DNA of 64,000 nucleotides, taken from positions 29,636,001-29,700,000 of the forward strand of contig CM114271.1 of NCBI GenBank assembly GCA_050084515.1, in the 5' to 3' direction. Under the pieces are notes generated by a model. It ran no database searches, had not been told where the DNA came from, and saw only the letters and a program-made list of their open reading frames with translations. Positions 36,496-50,070 of the stretch are shown here, piece by piece (position 1 is the first letter of the stretch; each line of letters begins with the position of its first letter). The position numbers and the translations under genes are program-made. This DNA comes from Blasia pusilla. Its lineage: Eukaryota.

Positions 36496-39404
36496 ATTGA
36501 AAAAACCAAGATGGAGGATTCATTGGGCATGCTCATGAATTTTTCCCCACTTCCCTCCAATAAAAGAACACTATATGGCAATACCTTGCATACTCTCAAG
36601 ATAGTGCGTCATGCTCTCACTTCCAATGTTGTAGGTATATCTGCTACAAGTATACATAGTCTCCTAGATAAAACCTCCAGATCTTCAATTGATAATCACT
36701 TCTATGAATAGTAACATACTTCAACATATCTCGATGTTGCGCACTCGCCAAGTTTTCTAACGTCATGAGCATATATAACTTTCTGAAACAACTCAACTCT
36801 TTTGAGAGCATGCTTGCATCAATACATTAGGGTCATCAAGATTCAATAACTCACCAACATTACGACAAATGGCCGTAGGTTAGTCAAGCTCTCAGCCATA
36901 AAGCAACAAGTAAGGTGAGAAAAACGCTAAATATGTCTACTTGTCGAGTCTGTATCCCATTGCCAACCTTGCAAACTATAGAAACTATAGATCCCAATCT
37001 CCTAGGTGACCTCTTTTCAAGCTATGCTTGCATGAAACTCTCTTCACCCTCTCAAAAACTATCTCTGCTAGTCCATCCGTCTTAGGATGACCTCCCGAAA
37101 TACTAGAGTGGTTGATCGGCGTTTAGTCACATAAGGCCAAATTCTCCCAATAAAACTATGTACCTTGGTCCGTCAACCCCTCAACTAGTTTTCCATGATA
37201 ACTCAGCATTCAATCTATGAATGCATAGGCTACTCCCTCACTTGATTTGTTAGGAAATGCAACCAGTTCTATCCACTTTGAAAAATGCTCAACCATCACG
37301 TACACCAACATATAATAACTATGGTGCTCCATCAAAGTAAGGGTCCTGCAAAATCCAAACTCCATTTATAACCTAAACCCATGATCGGTAGTGGATGTAA
37401 TTATGGAGTCGAAGCATTGAAAATGCTAAGACTTAATCTTACACCATGCATTTTGCAACAAATTGTTAAACATCAATCTACATGCCTCGCCACCAATACT
37501 ATATCTAGAGCGAGCGTCATTGTACTCCGCAACACTTTGGCTCTCCATAGCCAAAAAAACCCAAGTAATCTTATGCATGCCATCCAGGTACCATCTCCTC
37601 ATCACTCTCTCTACGCTAACAAACTCCAATCGAATCTCGTTAACTTAGGCATGGGTTACGACTCAACCCATTTGCATCTTTTTTGAACATCCTAGGTTTA
37701 TGAGCCACCTTGAAATATTATCCCAGCAATAATACATCCCACCTAGCAAGCTTCCCTATAAGCTTGACAAACTCCAAAAACCACTTAAATTTTTAATGAT
37801 TAACAATGATAGTAAGGAATGCCGAAAAGGTAATACGTGAAATACGTAACACCCTACACTACAGCCAAGCACTTACCTTAATACAAGATATAATATGCCT
37901 TTGCACCGTTGTTTGAGTGACTAGTGTAAGCCATCATGAACTCTCTATCCTCGTCATCATGTTGGGTAAGCAACGCTCAAAACCCCAACATGCTCCAATC
38001 TATATGCAACTAGAAAGGACATCCTCTAGCTAATATGTCTCTTTAGTATAGGCGTAGATGTCAATATGTCCTAGTGCCACTCGTGATCGACCTTGGTCAG
38101 CAATGCTAGTGGCTTTGCCATCAAGCTGAAACCCTTGACTTACCATCGATAGAAATTCGCCAATCCCATTATTACAAGAACTTGACTCACATTTGTAAGG
38201 TATGGAATGCGTAAGATTGCCTCTATCTTCATTTTTTGAACACCAAGGCCCCGTCGGTATCTTGTTTGATTCTAATACTCAATTTGATCGTAGAACAACT
38301 TGCCCTTTCCTAGATGTAGCTTCAGCCAATATAATTGCAATAGTCAAAACACCTCCTCTAGATGTCGCTTATGCAACTCTACCGTGGCTTGAAGACTATG
38401 ATGTTATCAATATAATACTTAGCAAAATCCAAACCTACCAAGATCGTATTCATGACCCTCTAAAACTCTACTTGGGCATTCTTTAACCCAAATGGTAAGA
38501 ACCGCCACTCGTAAAAACAATCCTCCATGTGAGGATCGATGTCCAAAAATGTCGTCTTCTACTTGTTCTCTAATCTGATTGGTAGTTGATGGTATCTAAC
38601 ACGAAGATCTAACCAACTGAAGACCTTTGCATATCCAATAACATCAAAGATCTCCTCACGAGTGGATATGGCATACATATTTTTTTCATATGCCGATTGA
38701 TAGGTTTGTAATCTCTACACATTTGCATATCCATCCACTTGCCATACACATCTTTCTTGGCAGCTTGGTCTTTCTTGGCAGAACCTTACTCTCCACATGG
38801 CATCTCCACTAGTTCTGCCTCAAAAAAGTCATGGCTTCTACTCTGAATCAAAGCCCTCTCCATATCACTATACATATAAGATCGTCGAAAGATTGGCGGA
38901 TCGCTAGACAACTCAATGAAGATTCCTTGACCCTTTCGTGTACCCAAATCATTCATACTAAATGCAAAACAACTCATATGACTCCTAAGGAAGTGATGTA
39001 TCCGGCGACGATCTTCTCTTGTGAATTTTGGGCCCTTATCTAGACCCCAAGTCTCCATCATGACTATTGTAGGACTCTTTGGTGCGGGTGGTTTTGATTT
39101 CTATGGTGTAATCCCATTCACAACTATGGTTGCTCTTTACAACCAACTTGAACATCTCATCTCTTAATGCTCCTCGATGTGCAAGACCATGAACCACAAT
39201 CGTTGTTGTGGGTGTCATCTTGTAGCTTACCTGCAACATATCCCAAGAAGTCCAAGGATGTCTCTCTCGATCACCTCTAGCATGTTGATCTCTTATATCT
39301 CACCCCCAACCATTGGCTGAATCTTGCATTTCAATAGGCATGAGGCTAACCACTCGAATAGAGATGACCTTTCGCAATTGCATCTGACATTGCCTGACTA
39401 CTCA

Positions 39405-40340
39405 TAAGCTAAGAATCCATATTAAACAGTTCAGATCCATCGCCTAACCAAAGACACAATGTTGGGATGCCTCTAACAGTAATAGTATTGCCATCATGCC
39501 TATGAGGAGCCCCATTGCTCGCTCTCTCTCATCTGCATTAGGGTCTACCAACCTCTATGCCTAATCATCCCAAACCAAGCCAGAAGCATCCTCCTTATAT
39601 GCATAGGAAGCAGGAAAACTAACAAATGTGGGAAATGTTGTTGGAGACATACCAATTCTGCTAACCATCGTCAATGGAGGTCGATCATCATGCCTCGCTG
39701 CCTATGACGGACATCCTGAATCCAAAATGGAATCCACAAATAAATGGGAGGGATGCTCTACTCTTGCATAAACCCTTTGCAAGACCTCGTGTGGCACCAA
39801 GTTGGTCCACCATGTAGCACCAAGTTACATGCAAGGAATATGTTTGTGAACCTACACTTGACCCATCCAAAAATATTTTTGGGCCAATCCATGCACAAAC
39901 CTGATGTGTACTCATCACAACATTCTCTAGAATATAATCTAGATAATGAGACCAGTGTTTTTGCAAGTGCCACAAGACCCTCATCATCTCCTTAAATAAC
40001 TTGGACCAAGTGTCAGCTAAACCACCACCTTGTCTAGCACTCGATTTGTCTTGAAATGACCAACCTGCATTGACCAAGGCAATAGTCTCAATTTAATCCA
40101 AGTCCCGCATCCCCAAAAAAGAAATATCCCTTAGTAAGAAACTTTGGTAACCCCATATGACCAACGTAGATAACAAGTCACAAAAAAAAGCGTAATTATA
40201 CTACATGTTAAAATGAGACACATCTTGCAACCTCATCATGCTCCATATACAAATATTATTCCACATGCACTCCTCCTTGAAAAATAGCAGCGAACCCCTA
40301 CTAATCCCTCCAAAGAGATCCAACACTCTAATACTCTCCT
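39405..40340 (-). pseudogene. Decayed DNMT3-like domain
   Basis: IRVLDLFGGIS, NAGWSFQD (PC lost), YILENV, WIGPKIFLDG, AMDLNCLIWIL. Confidence 0.82.
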
Positions 40341-40575
40341 CTAGGATGCGCCACATACTCGGTTTGGTGTACAAAGATGACATTGACGCACTCCCTACTA
40401 CCTTGGGCTCCTCTAACCCATCATGACCTGGTACAAAGGTCTTTTTCCACACCATCTGCATGTCCTCATCAGCTAAGCATTGATGCTCCTCACTCAAGCC
40501 CCACAAAGGCACCTCTCATCCATGAGATGATGTTCTTACCATAAAACTCCTCTCCTTAGGAGTATTAGTCATGGG

Positions 40576-40902
40576 CATGGTTACACAAAAACGGACAAGT
40601 CCTTCCTTAGGACGGACATGGATGGACAAGTCTAGATATGTCCATGGACATGGGTTCTAGGAGGTGGGACCCATACTTTTAGTCCATGATGGAAGGCAAG
40701 GCAAGGATGAGAGGAGGAGGGAGGAGGGATGGGAGGTGGAGGGAGAGAAGAAATGGGGGAGTATGGAACACGAAGGCAAGTAAGGGGAATGAGAAAGAAG
40801 GGAAAGGTGGGGCCCATTCGGACAAGTCCTTCCATAGGACGGACATAAGTCCACGGACATAGACATGTCCATAGACATGGACTTTTTCCACATGTAACCT
40901 TG
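40576..40902. mobile_element. hAT-like MITE
   Basis: Imperfect TIRs CATGGTTACAC / ATGTAACCTTG; 8-bp flanks GTCATGGG and ATCATGGG; internal repeats ggacaagtccttcc.taggacggacat. Confidence 0.7.
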
Positions 40903-41516
40903 ATCATGGGTGTGTCCTCTACATAGACATGACCCTCAACCCTCAAGCCAAGTGATGGTTCTTCTCAATTCTTCCAGAGTTGCCATCACTCCTAGCTAGT
41001 CATCGTTTGATCACTCCATTGGTGAATTGAATGGGTAAAGAGCTAAGTCACCCATTGCTTGATAACCATCCTAGTATATAGGATGGTGACTTCTCTAAGT
41101 AATCCAAGATAAACCCTATTGGATACAACATTGCTCGCAAACCAAGACGTCGTAGGATTCAGCAACTGTCACTGTCGCCTTGGCTTGCATCACCCACTCA
41201 TCTGACGAATGTCATGGTCAAATCCTCACAATGATCAAATGTTAGGTGATAGATTGTGTTGTGCTCATTCAACCCAAGGATGTTTGTATCCTAAATGGGG
41301 AACGATCTATATTGACCCTCATAAAGTCCAATCTTGTAAACGTTGCCTTCCCCAACATTAGGGGTTGCACTCTTAGATCCAACAGTTAAGGTTGCGTCGA
41401 TAATTCCTAGACTTACCAAATGGAAGCTCTCTCCGTGCAGGTTGTCTAGCAAGCTAGAAAACACAAGAAGAAACTAAAACACACTCTATTGCAAGTCTAG
41501 AAAGCATCTTTTCCAT

Positions 41517-41930
41517 TAAGGTTGCACAAAAATAAATTGGTCCAACATGCCCCATGAATTCCCCACTCCCAAATTCTTGATACCTCGATCACTTGCATAG
41601 ACTCAAGATACGGAAACAGATACTGACTTTGATTAATGAAGGTCAGGTAGGGACCGAACGGGTGTGTGGGCGGCACTACCCCATGACAGTCCATGTGAAG
41701 GCTTGTCGCGGGTCGGTGCAGGCCTCTACAAGCTAAGCGGGCTTGGTGCAAGCTATAAAATGGATGGTAAGAACATGTAACATATTTTTGGACTTGGTCC
41801 ATGCCAGCCAAGCCCGGATCTACATTGCGGATTGGACGAGCTTAAATGTGGGCCACGAGAACTCAAGCCTACACAGACATGTCCGTCCTACGGACAGACA
41901 TAAGTCCGCGGACACCAAATTTATTCATCT
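41517..41930. mobile_element. Fragment of a hAT-like non-autonomous element
   Basis: Begins TAAGGTTGCAC; shares ggacat/gtcc subterminal motifs and inverted similarity to 36260-36330. Confidence 0.45.
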
Positions 41931-42121
41931 ATAGTATTCTCTGCCATCCTAGCAGCCACAACTTGCCATGAGTATGAGGTAGACGGCTTGAACATAAGCT
42001 CCAAGGGCAAGTTTACCATCTCCTTTGTTACCATCTTTAAACGCAAGGCAATAACAACATCTCCAGACTCACATGGCAGCCAGCTAGAAAACCGTGCTGA
42101 GCGTACTTTTCAATATTATAA

Positions 42122-44474
42122 CATTACAATATAAGAAATCCTTGGTTTTATGACTAGGTTTTATGACTCATATAAGTCATATATCACCATATATGACTAG
42201 AAATTACTTATTACTTGTAGAGACACAAAAGCCAAGTCATATCTTTCACATAATTTGAATGACTAGCATGGTTTGTTGACATGGCATGAAAATATGAGTC
42301 ATATTCATGGACTAAAGCTCTTGTTCAACCATATGCCCCATCCTCCATCCGTTACTTCCATCCATGTGCCACACCTTCTATCAGGATCCCTTCCATCTTC
42401 CATCCATCCATCAATTCCGTTTCTCCATTCTTACTCCATCCATTTACCTCATCTATCCAAGTGCCCCACCAACCCTCCATCTGTCCATCAACACCTTCTC
42501 CATATACACTCCATCCATTAACCCCATCTGTCCATGCATTCCATTCCTGATCTACTTATGAACTTTGTCTCCATCCATCCATACGCCCCACCTTATATTT
42601 ATTATCTTGGTCTTCCAAATATATCTTGGGCAAGAATCGAACCTGCACTGTTATGCCCATATTGGAATCTTCTACCACTAGTCCACATATTATTGTATGT
42701 ATATGTGTAAAAAATTTAAATACATGTAAAAATATCAATTTTCCTTTTTTAATATTTATATTAAGAAACTCATATTTATATTAATTTGTTTCAAAAATAA
42801 TTCTAGACTCATATATTTATATTATTTTATTTTTAAATATTTAAGGAGCTAAAAATGCATACATAGAATATTAATTAATTATTTAATTTTTAAATAAATT
42901 TGAAATATTTGAAAATAAATGATAATAATTAAATCCTTCATATAATCCAATATGATAATTTATTGGATTATATTAAGTCTAAAAAATAATCTAATGGTTA
43001 CAAAAGTTATCATTGGAATTTGGTTTTAAAGTGAATCTTGTATTAAGTAAGAAAAATAGATTTCAATTATTGGTCCATCGATGGTGGGATATTTCTTGAT
43101 TCTAAAATTTGAAATGTGAAAATACTTATGGCAGAAGATGAATATAAAAATACTTACGACACTTGAAACATTTTCCTTTAAAGTTCCCAATTCTTCCTTC
43201 TTTTTTGATCCTTCTCTCCAAAAAGGAGTGCATAAACCATGCATCTTTGTCACAATATGTACTCGGATTCCACAAGTAGACCAAAAATAACCATCCAAGG
43301 AGGGAATTAAAAATTTTAAACTTTAAATTTGGTTTCCTAATTCTTGTCTCACCATAGAAGAGTATGTAGAAAATCTAAACCGTTCAAATGAGAGAAGGTC
43401 TTCCCAATATCAAGTCCTCTAACTTTCAGTTCAATCCAATGGTGGAAAGAATATTGTTGTACGATGAATATGAAAATGCTAAAAGTATTTAAAATATTTC
43501 CACTTAAAGTTATCCTCTTTCTCTTTGTATTGTATTTTCTTTTCTAACCTTTCTCTCGGACCATGAGTTCATAAATTATGTCACTTCATCACAATATGCA
43601 AAACTATTGAAATGATTGTCTAAGGAGGGAATTAAAATGGTAAACCCTAATGTAATCTCTTATTATGATTTCATCATAGAAGACTAAATGGAATATATGA
43701 TCAAGTAAAGTGATAGAGGATCTTACCAAAATCCACTTCTCCAAGTTTAAACTCAATCCAACGTTGGGAAGCAATGATGCTTCAAGATGAAGAAAAAACA
43801 AAGAAATATGCTCGTGAAATACCCGCTCAAAGACAATGATTAATACTATTATTGGACCTCCTCATTTATTGGCCCATCACTCAAACTATCTTAAAGACAC
43901 TAAATCTTACAAACATTCTCATATATATTCTCTAAGATGAAGAAATTTTTTTAATGAGAAATATGGATGTTTACCCACAAAATGGAATTGTAAAGGGAAA
44001 ATGGATATCTCAATTGAAAATTAAAATCTTTTTTTTTTTTAAATACCTAAAAATTTGGAGTGATATTAAATTTTATGTGGGCTTTCTTCCAAATCTTGAT
44101 ATGGCCATATATGGATCATTTATGCCAGAAAATGTTAGGGTCTTAGTGAAATAATGCCTTGATGCTTCACTACAAAAAAATGCCTAAAATAAATTATATC
44201 CCAAGATCAATAAGAAACATTGTATGACTAGAGGACGAAATGCTTAAAAACATAAATCATTGTTCATAACTCACAAATATTGGATAAGTGAGGAGATATG
44301 ACTTGTTTAGATCTAAAGGATATTGCTAACTACTTGGTTCAAAGAAAAATGACTAGATGAGTAACATAATCCTAAAATCAATGACTAAGCCATTTTAGTC
44401 ATAGTTTGAGTTATTCTCTCAAGCAATCATTTAAAGTCTAGTCATAAAAGTCATATATTTCTTCTTAGCTAGTG
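42122..44474. mobile_element. Possible non-autonomous CACTA element (AT-rich)
   Basis: Right end CTAGTG (CACTAG reversed), left end CATTACAA; clustered ATGACTAG/CTAGTCAT subterminal motifs at both ends; interrupts the decayed gag region; TSD not clean. Confidence 0.5.
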
Positions 44475-47400
44475 TTAGAAGCTAAAAACCAGGGGGTGTG
44501 ATGTGTACATGATAGTCGCTGCCCCTAACAACGTACTCGACACGGGCTCTGCATAAACATCAACAATAGGAGGCGTTGCACTCTCTTATTTCATCGCCCA
44601 TCCGAGCGCCCATCATGCTTGCACACCAACAACATCCACCCTCCAGGAACTCTGATCATGATCCATTGTTGGTATCCTTATTGCCTTGGACAAAGTAAGT
44701 GATTGAGGAAACCTGGTCTATTTCAAATTCTTGGCTTGCCCTCTTTATGGATCCAACTCTACGGTTGCTCCAGGTGTAACGACAATGACTACCTCCATCT
44801 ATGGGGCCTCGCACATCCAATCGGGATCCTTCGTATCACTAGATCATACTCAATATAAGGTCAATGCTACCAACTCAACATCAAGTAATCTCAATTGTTA
44901 CACCATCACAACAATATGTTGCTGTAACTACTCTGTGTGAGTAGCCATCCTTGCCTTATGCCTCCACTTCTCTTAACTCATCAAGGTGGTGGACCTCTAC
45001 CTCCTCCATGAGAGATCTATCTTCCCCATAGATGAAACCAACTCCTTACCCTCCTATAGGACCACTTGGCACACGACCTTTGGTCACGTTTGCACCACCA
45101 ACTTGCTCTACTACCCTCTCTAGCCCCCAATCTGAACGTAGCTAAGGATGTGAGCTAAAACATATAGTGTGTGTACGACCATACCGCTATCAATGGTCAT
45201 ATTGGAACACTTTTGGAAGGATTCCCTCTATTCCCCTAGGCTGGGGCATGCATCCACTACCTTAACGAGTATAATCCTACTAGCGATAGGCTCCATGACA
45301 TGCCCAAAAAATAACTCCTCGCTATTTTTACTTGCATATATTGACAATGATCGATGTGGCACATGTTGACGGTAACCTCATTAAGCTTTTGATGTCATAC
45401 TCACATTGATGCATTTGGTGGTGCAGGCAACCGTTGTAGCTCTTGCGAGTAACTTGTAGTTGTTACACTCTTCTCCGCCATGTTGCGCTCAATGCACTCA
45501 GCTATCTCAAAGACATCTTTTAACGTAGGTGAGTTGTGCAATTTGAGTATCGCATCACACATCCACTTTTGTAGATCTCATTCTGGCATCTCATATCATG
45601 TTTGAATGGCGTTGGGCTCTATTCCCCCTTGAATGATACTAATCAACCAACGCATGCGAGTAATTGCCTCTCGCAAACTCTCCCCAATGCGCCTATGAAA
45701 GTCGTGGATGCTCCACAACTTCTCAATCCATACCCCTTGGCAGCTCCTCCTCAATTCCACAAAAGACTTAGCCACAAGGTTGATGTTAGGATTTCATATA
45801 CAATTTTCTGCTATCTTGAATCTTTTCTCCATTTTTTTAGTTTTAACTATGGTTAGTTTTGCAAACAATGGTTGGAAGTTCACTATTGTTACAAGTTTCT
45901 CACTTCAGCTAGATTACTAGTTATTTCTTAACCATTCTTGTTAGTTTTGGTTATATTCATGGTGTTCATGGTGTGATGGTCTACCCGTATTGTGTTGGCA
46001 TGCGCTTGATGTCTTGGCCCTCCACCTAGCTCCTTCTAGGAAACTCTCTCTCTCTCTCTCATTCTTTAATTCACTTCTACTTCTGCCCTCTAAGGAAGCG
46101 TGTCTTGAGATTAGTTCCTACATACTTGAACCCCTACTGGTGCCTTGAACCACCTCTCTTCAGGTCTTGTGTATTATGATAAGGTGTTTCTTTTCCAAGC
46201 ACCCACTTCTCAATAGAAGTTGCATACTAGTTCCGCAAGCAATCCAAATTTTCGCTTTCAAGTTTGTAAGTGATTATCCTCACGTACATGGTTCAATAGA
46301 AGATGTTGTTGGGATCTATTATCTTTCTATGCTTTTAAAGTTTTTAAAAGAAGATCTAAGAGAAGTAGATTTATGATTTCAAGAGGGGTTGAACTTAGGA
46401 GAATCCCGACTGGATAATGCAACTACCCCAAAGTGACTCACCCCTCCATGACTCTCACTAGTGGCAAAGGAACTAGCCTCCCTTAGCTCCTCCTCCCTCC
46501 TCATTTTGAAACGGCTTATTGCATGAGGCAAAATGTGGGTCATAATAGTGTCTCCTTCTTGAATTTTGGGTGTGAACCTATTGGACCTGAAGTTTTTTTC
46601 CATTAACTTCGCTAATTGCAAGGTCTTACACCATTACGGATGAGTAACACTTGCAGCCAACATTGTTGCCTCTTTTGCGAAAACTATATATCCGAGATGG
46701 TGACGAACTCATGATTCTCGATTAACTTTCTGATGAACTATTCTCGGTCACCTTTCTGACCTGTGAACACTACCGTTCACGTGGTTTTGGATAGAGAGTC
46801 ACTGCATGCCAGGAGACAAGACTGCTGGGAGAGCAATTCACCGTGGGATGGTGCGCTGGGAATGCAAAATCTTCTTACGAGTTGAATGAATATGGTATTG
46901 CAAACGGTGCAGTACATTCAAGAGATGGCCCGTGAAATTGTGACGATATGCGCATGTGGAAAAAGTAGTATTCGTGCGTTGAGGAATCGTGATTTTGTGC
47001 AGTTGGCCGGTGAGATGGGGCAGAATATTTTAGAGCAATTTATTAGTTTGATGGACTGAGCTTTGGTAATTCCAGCGCGGAGCCTTGTCAGATAGCCCGT
47101 CTTCATCGACTAGAAGTGGTCTGAAAATTCCTACTTCTCCTTCATGTGTGGTTGTTTTCAGTCATCCAAAACATGAGGCCATCAGAGGATCAGTACAATC
47201 TTTAATGTGGTCTCTCATCAAAGCGCGGCGTCGTTGGTTCACCTCTCCGGCTTGAAATCACCGTGTCAACTTCAAGGTTTGGTTAGTCGAATGGTCTTTA
47301 GAAGATTCTTGAAGCATTTTGGAAAAATGTTTCGTTGTAAATGTTTCGTTGTGACAACGAAACTTCTTTGCTTGCTACTCCTAATTTCTTTCGATTTCAG

Positions 47401-50070
47401 TACCTGTGGAAGTTCAAGGTGACGGTTGATCAATAGACGTACACTGCTAGTAATCAATTCATCGTCTTGTCAAATATTGTCTGTTATTAAACTCCATGGC
47501 TGTCCTCCCCGTTCTATGGAAATAGATACTATCGACGCCAGCTAAAGCACTGCCACCGTAAAATGGGGTCAAGGGGATCATACTTGTCCAGACAACCAGT
47601 ACTCTATTTGATTTGCGCGCAGAACACAACGCTGGACAGTTTCGTTTTCCACTCGAAAAGTAGTCTTGGTCCTCGGACAGAGTGGTGGCATAGTAACCAT
47701 ACTCTTCTAGAACGACTACTATCTTGATTTCTGCTGATCATTAATCCATACGATATTTTGTCTTCAAGGAGAAGAGATCATTGAAAATTTATGACAGAAA
47801 GGGAAGAAACTGGAGTTTTTTTCCCGACGAAGTTCCAGATTGATTTTCTGACTAATAGAACTTAATTCACATGTAGTGTGTGAAGGGCAAAGATATACGA
47901 GCAATTTACGTCTTCGACTTTCTGCTTACGGATATTATCACTCCGCTTTGGGGAATCCGACCATGGGAAACCAATTGTTTAATTTCGCCCTGGCCCGGAA
48001 ATGATCTCAATATGGAAGTCTTGTGGGAAGGATTAGGAGCGAACTGACTTTTTTCTCTCATGCGGTCTGGATCCTGAATGCAAACCACGTGTGGAGGAGG
48101 AATGGGGAATCACAAAGCCGGCCGAATCTGATGGAGCTAGCGTTTAAGTGATGGACACACGAATCGACAACAGAAGTGGCATTGCGTACTGACTCCATGT
48201 TCAATGAATGTGACCAGTACACGGAGCACAGACCTACCACAGGGATTCTTGGTCTGCGAGCAAAGCCATCGAGAACTAATGATGAAATTGAGGATGATAA
48301 GCAGCATTGGTAACTGCCATTCCTGGATGCCGAAGCTCTAACCGGGCATGGCCGGCAGGCAGGGTAGAAGGAGAGTGGAGGAGGGGCGGGAGCAGATCCA
48401 AGACAGCAGAGCGAGGTATCAGGGGCAGCGCGCACGCCACAGCAGGGGTCGCCTCACGTCTCATCAGGTGCCCCCCTCACCCTCCCTGGCTCCTCCTCCC
48501 GTTCCCCCTACCTTTCTCGACATCTTGCCCTTCCATCTCTGCTCTCCCCTCCCTCTCTCTATCTCTCCGTCCTTTCGTCGCCTTCTCACTTCCGTATTAC
48601 TTCCGATTCTCCAATTTCCATTTGTCTCGTTTCCAGGCCATGATATTCGCGATTGTTATTTTTGTCCTTATTGTAAAGGATTTATCTCCCTATGTTTCAA
48701 ACTTTCCTTACTCGAGGATCTTGGTGCCCGTTTGGGGTCCATCCCGTTGTATCTCAAAATTGTGATCACACTTATGCCATCGACTCTTTAGTCCCTTGGA
48801 TTGGTGAGCAGTCCCATTGTTTGCTACACTCCGGATTTCGTCACCTGAGCAGTTGCTGTGTTTCACAACTCTCTCGATCTCATTCCTTACAGTGTTGCAT
48901 TTTCGCACCTCATCATCTCTAGGTGCCTACCGCTACCTCTGTGGCTTGACTAAACCTATGGACCCTGTTGTGTTTCACGAAACCGTCTTTTCCTTTTGCG
49001 TAGTTGGACTTTTAGTCCTAAATTCTCTTACAGCCCAAGTTACTTTATTCGGGTAATTCACAGAATTTCCCTTCTCAGCCTGTCATCTGACAGCCCTCTC
49101 TCTCGCTTTCACAACCTACCCTGTGCGCTTCGTGACTCCTTCGATGATCCCTTAGATTGATGGTATTCTGAATCTATATCATGCTACGAGTGCTAGATTA
49201 GTTCAGTTTGTAGATTTCTTACTGTCGTGCCTCCGTCTACTTTAGAATCGGTAGTGTTGTTCTTATTCAGGTTTCATACGTGATCCGTCTACTTCATGCA
49301 TTCCGCTCTTTGCCATCTGAAGATCCACAATTGTGGATCCGCTGGGCGTGTCACATGCCTTGGATTCTTGCTTTGTAACTTTACAGGTTCTTTGCTGCTG
49401 CTTGCAAATCTGGTAACGCTAGTGGCAGTCTTCGATAAGACTGACCCGTGCCCGGGCTTGCGGACCCTGGTTTGGGAAGTTCTTTCTAAGAAAGTTGTAA
49501 GATTCAAGTGACCTTCATGTACAACCCTTTCCAACATTCAGTCCTGCTTCTCTTTAATTCCTCGTGATTCTTATAATCACGAGGAATCTTCTCTTCTGCT
49601 TGTCACCAAGTGAACTAAGTGAACATACTCTCGATTGCTCATGTGGAGTGAGTCAGTAGCTTATACGTCGAATTTTCTTGCTTCAAAGCTCTCAGGACTC
49701 AATCTTCTCAAACATTTTCACCTCTCGCTTCTCAGGTGCTGATCAGTAATTCTCGTGGACTACGTCAACTACCTCGTCTGCTTGCTTCCTTTTCCTACAA
49801 ACATTTCTGTCTCATGGCCGTGATCAAATCAAGCAAGTGGCTCTCTTGCTTGTGGCGAAGATTGTTTTTTGGACTCCTTGTTGTCTATTGATCCCAACGT
49901 AGCCAATGTGGATTTCTGCGCTCCAGGATCAGTTGTGTGTGGCGAGACACTCGGTGATACTGGTTCTCATCCCAGCTTCTCTGCCACACCACCGATGTAT
50001 GGTGCTTGACAGCTGTGTGGAGAACTAGACCCTGTCGACAATCTCTCTACAGAGGTTTCAATCAAAGAGA

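Larger units (their letters stand above)
36550..45800 (-). mobile_element. Old, heavily decayed relative of element B (gag, PR, DNMT, RT, RH, IN remnants) with DNA-transposon insertions
   Basis: Colinear remnants: gag ~44500-45800, LLDLRVQPLMLGK ~41370, DNMT ~39400-40340, SCFAFSMNDLG...YSDMERALI ~38900, RT/RH 37700-38800, integrase 36550-37650. Confidence 0.8.

Noticed and set aside
48058-49537. ORFs of 60-150 aa upstream of the RKD gene
   Set aside because: CT-rich promoter/5' UTR and intron-like sequence with no protein motif.
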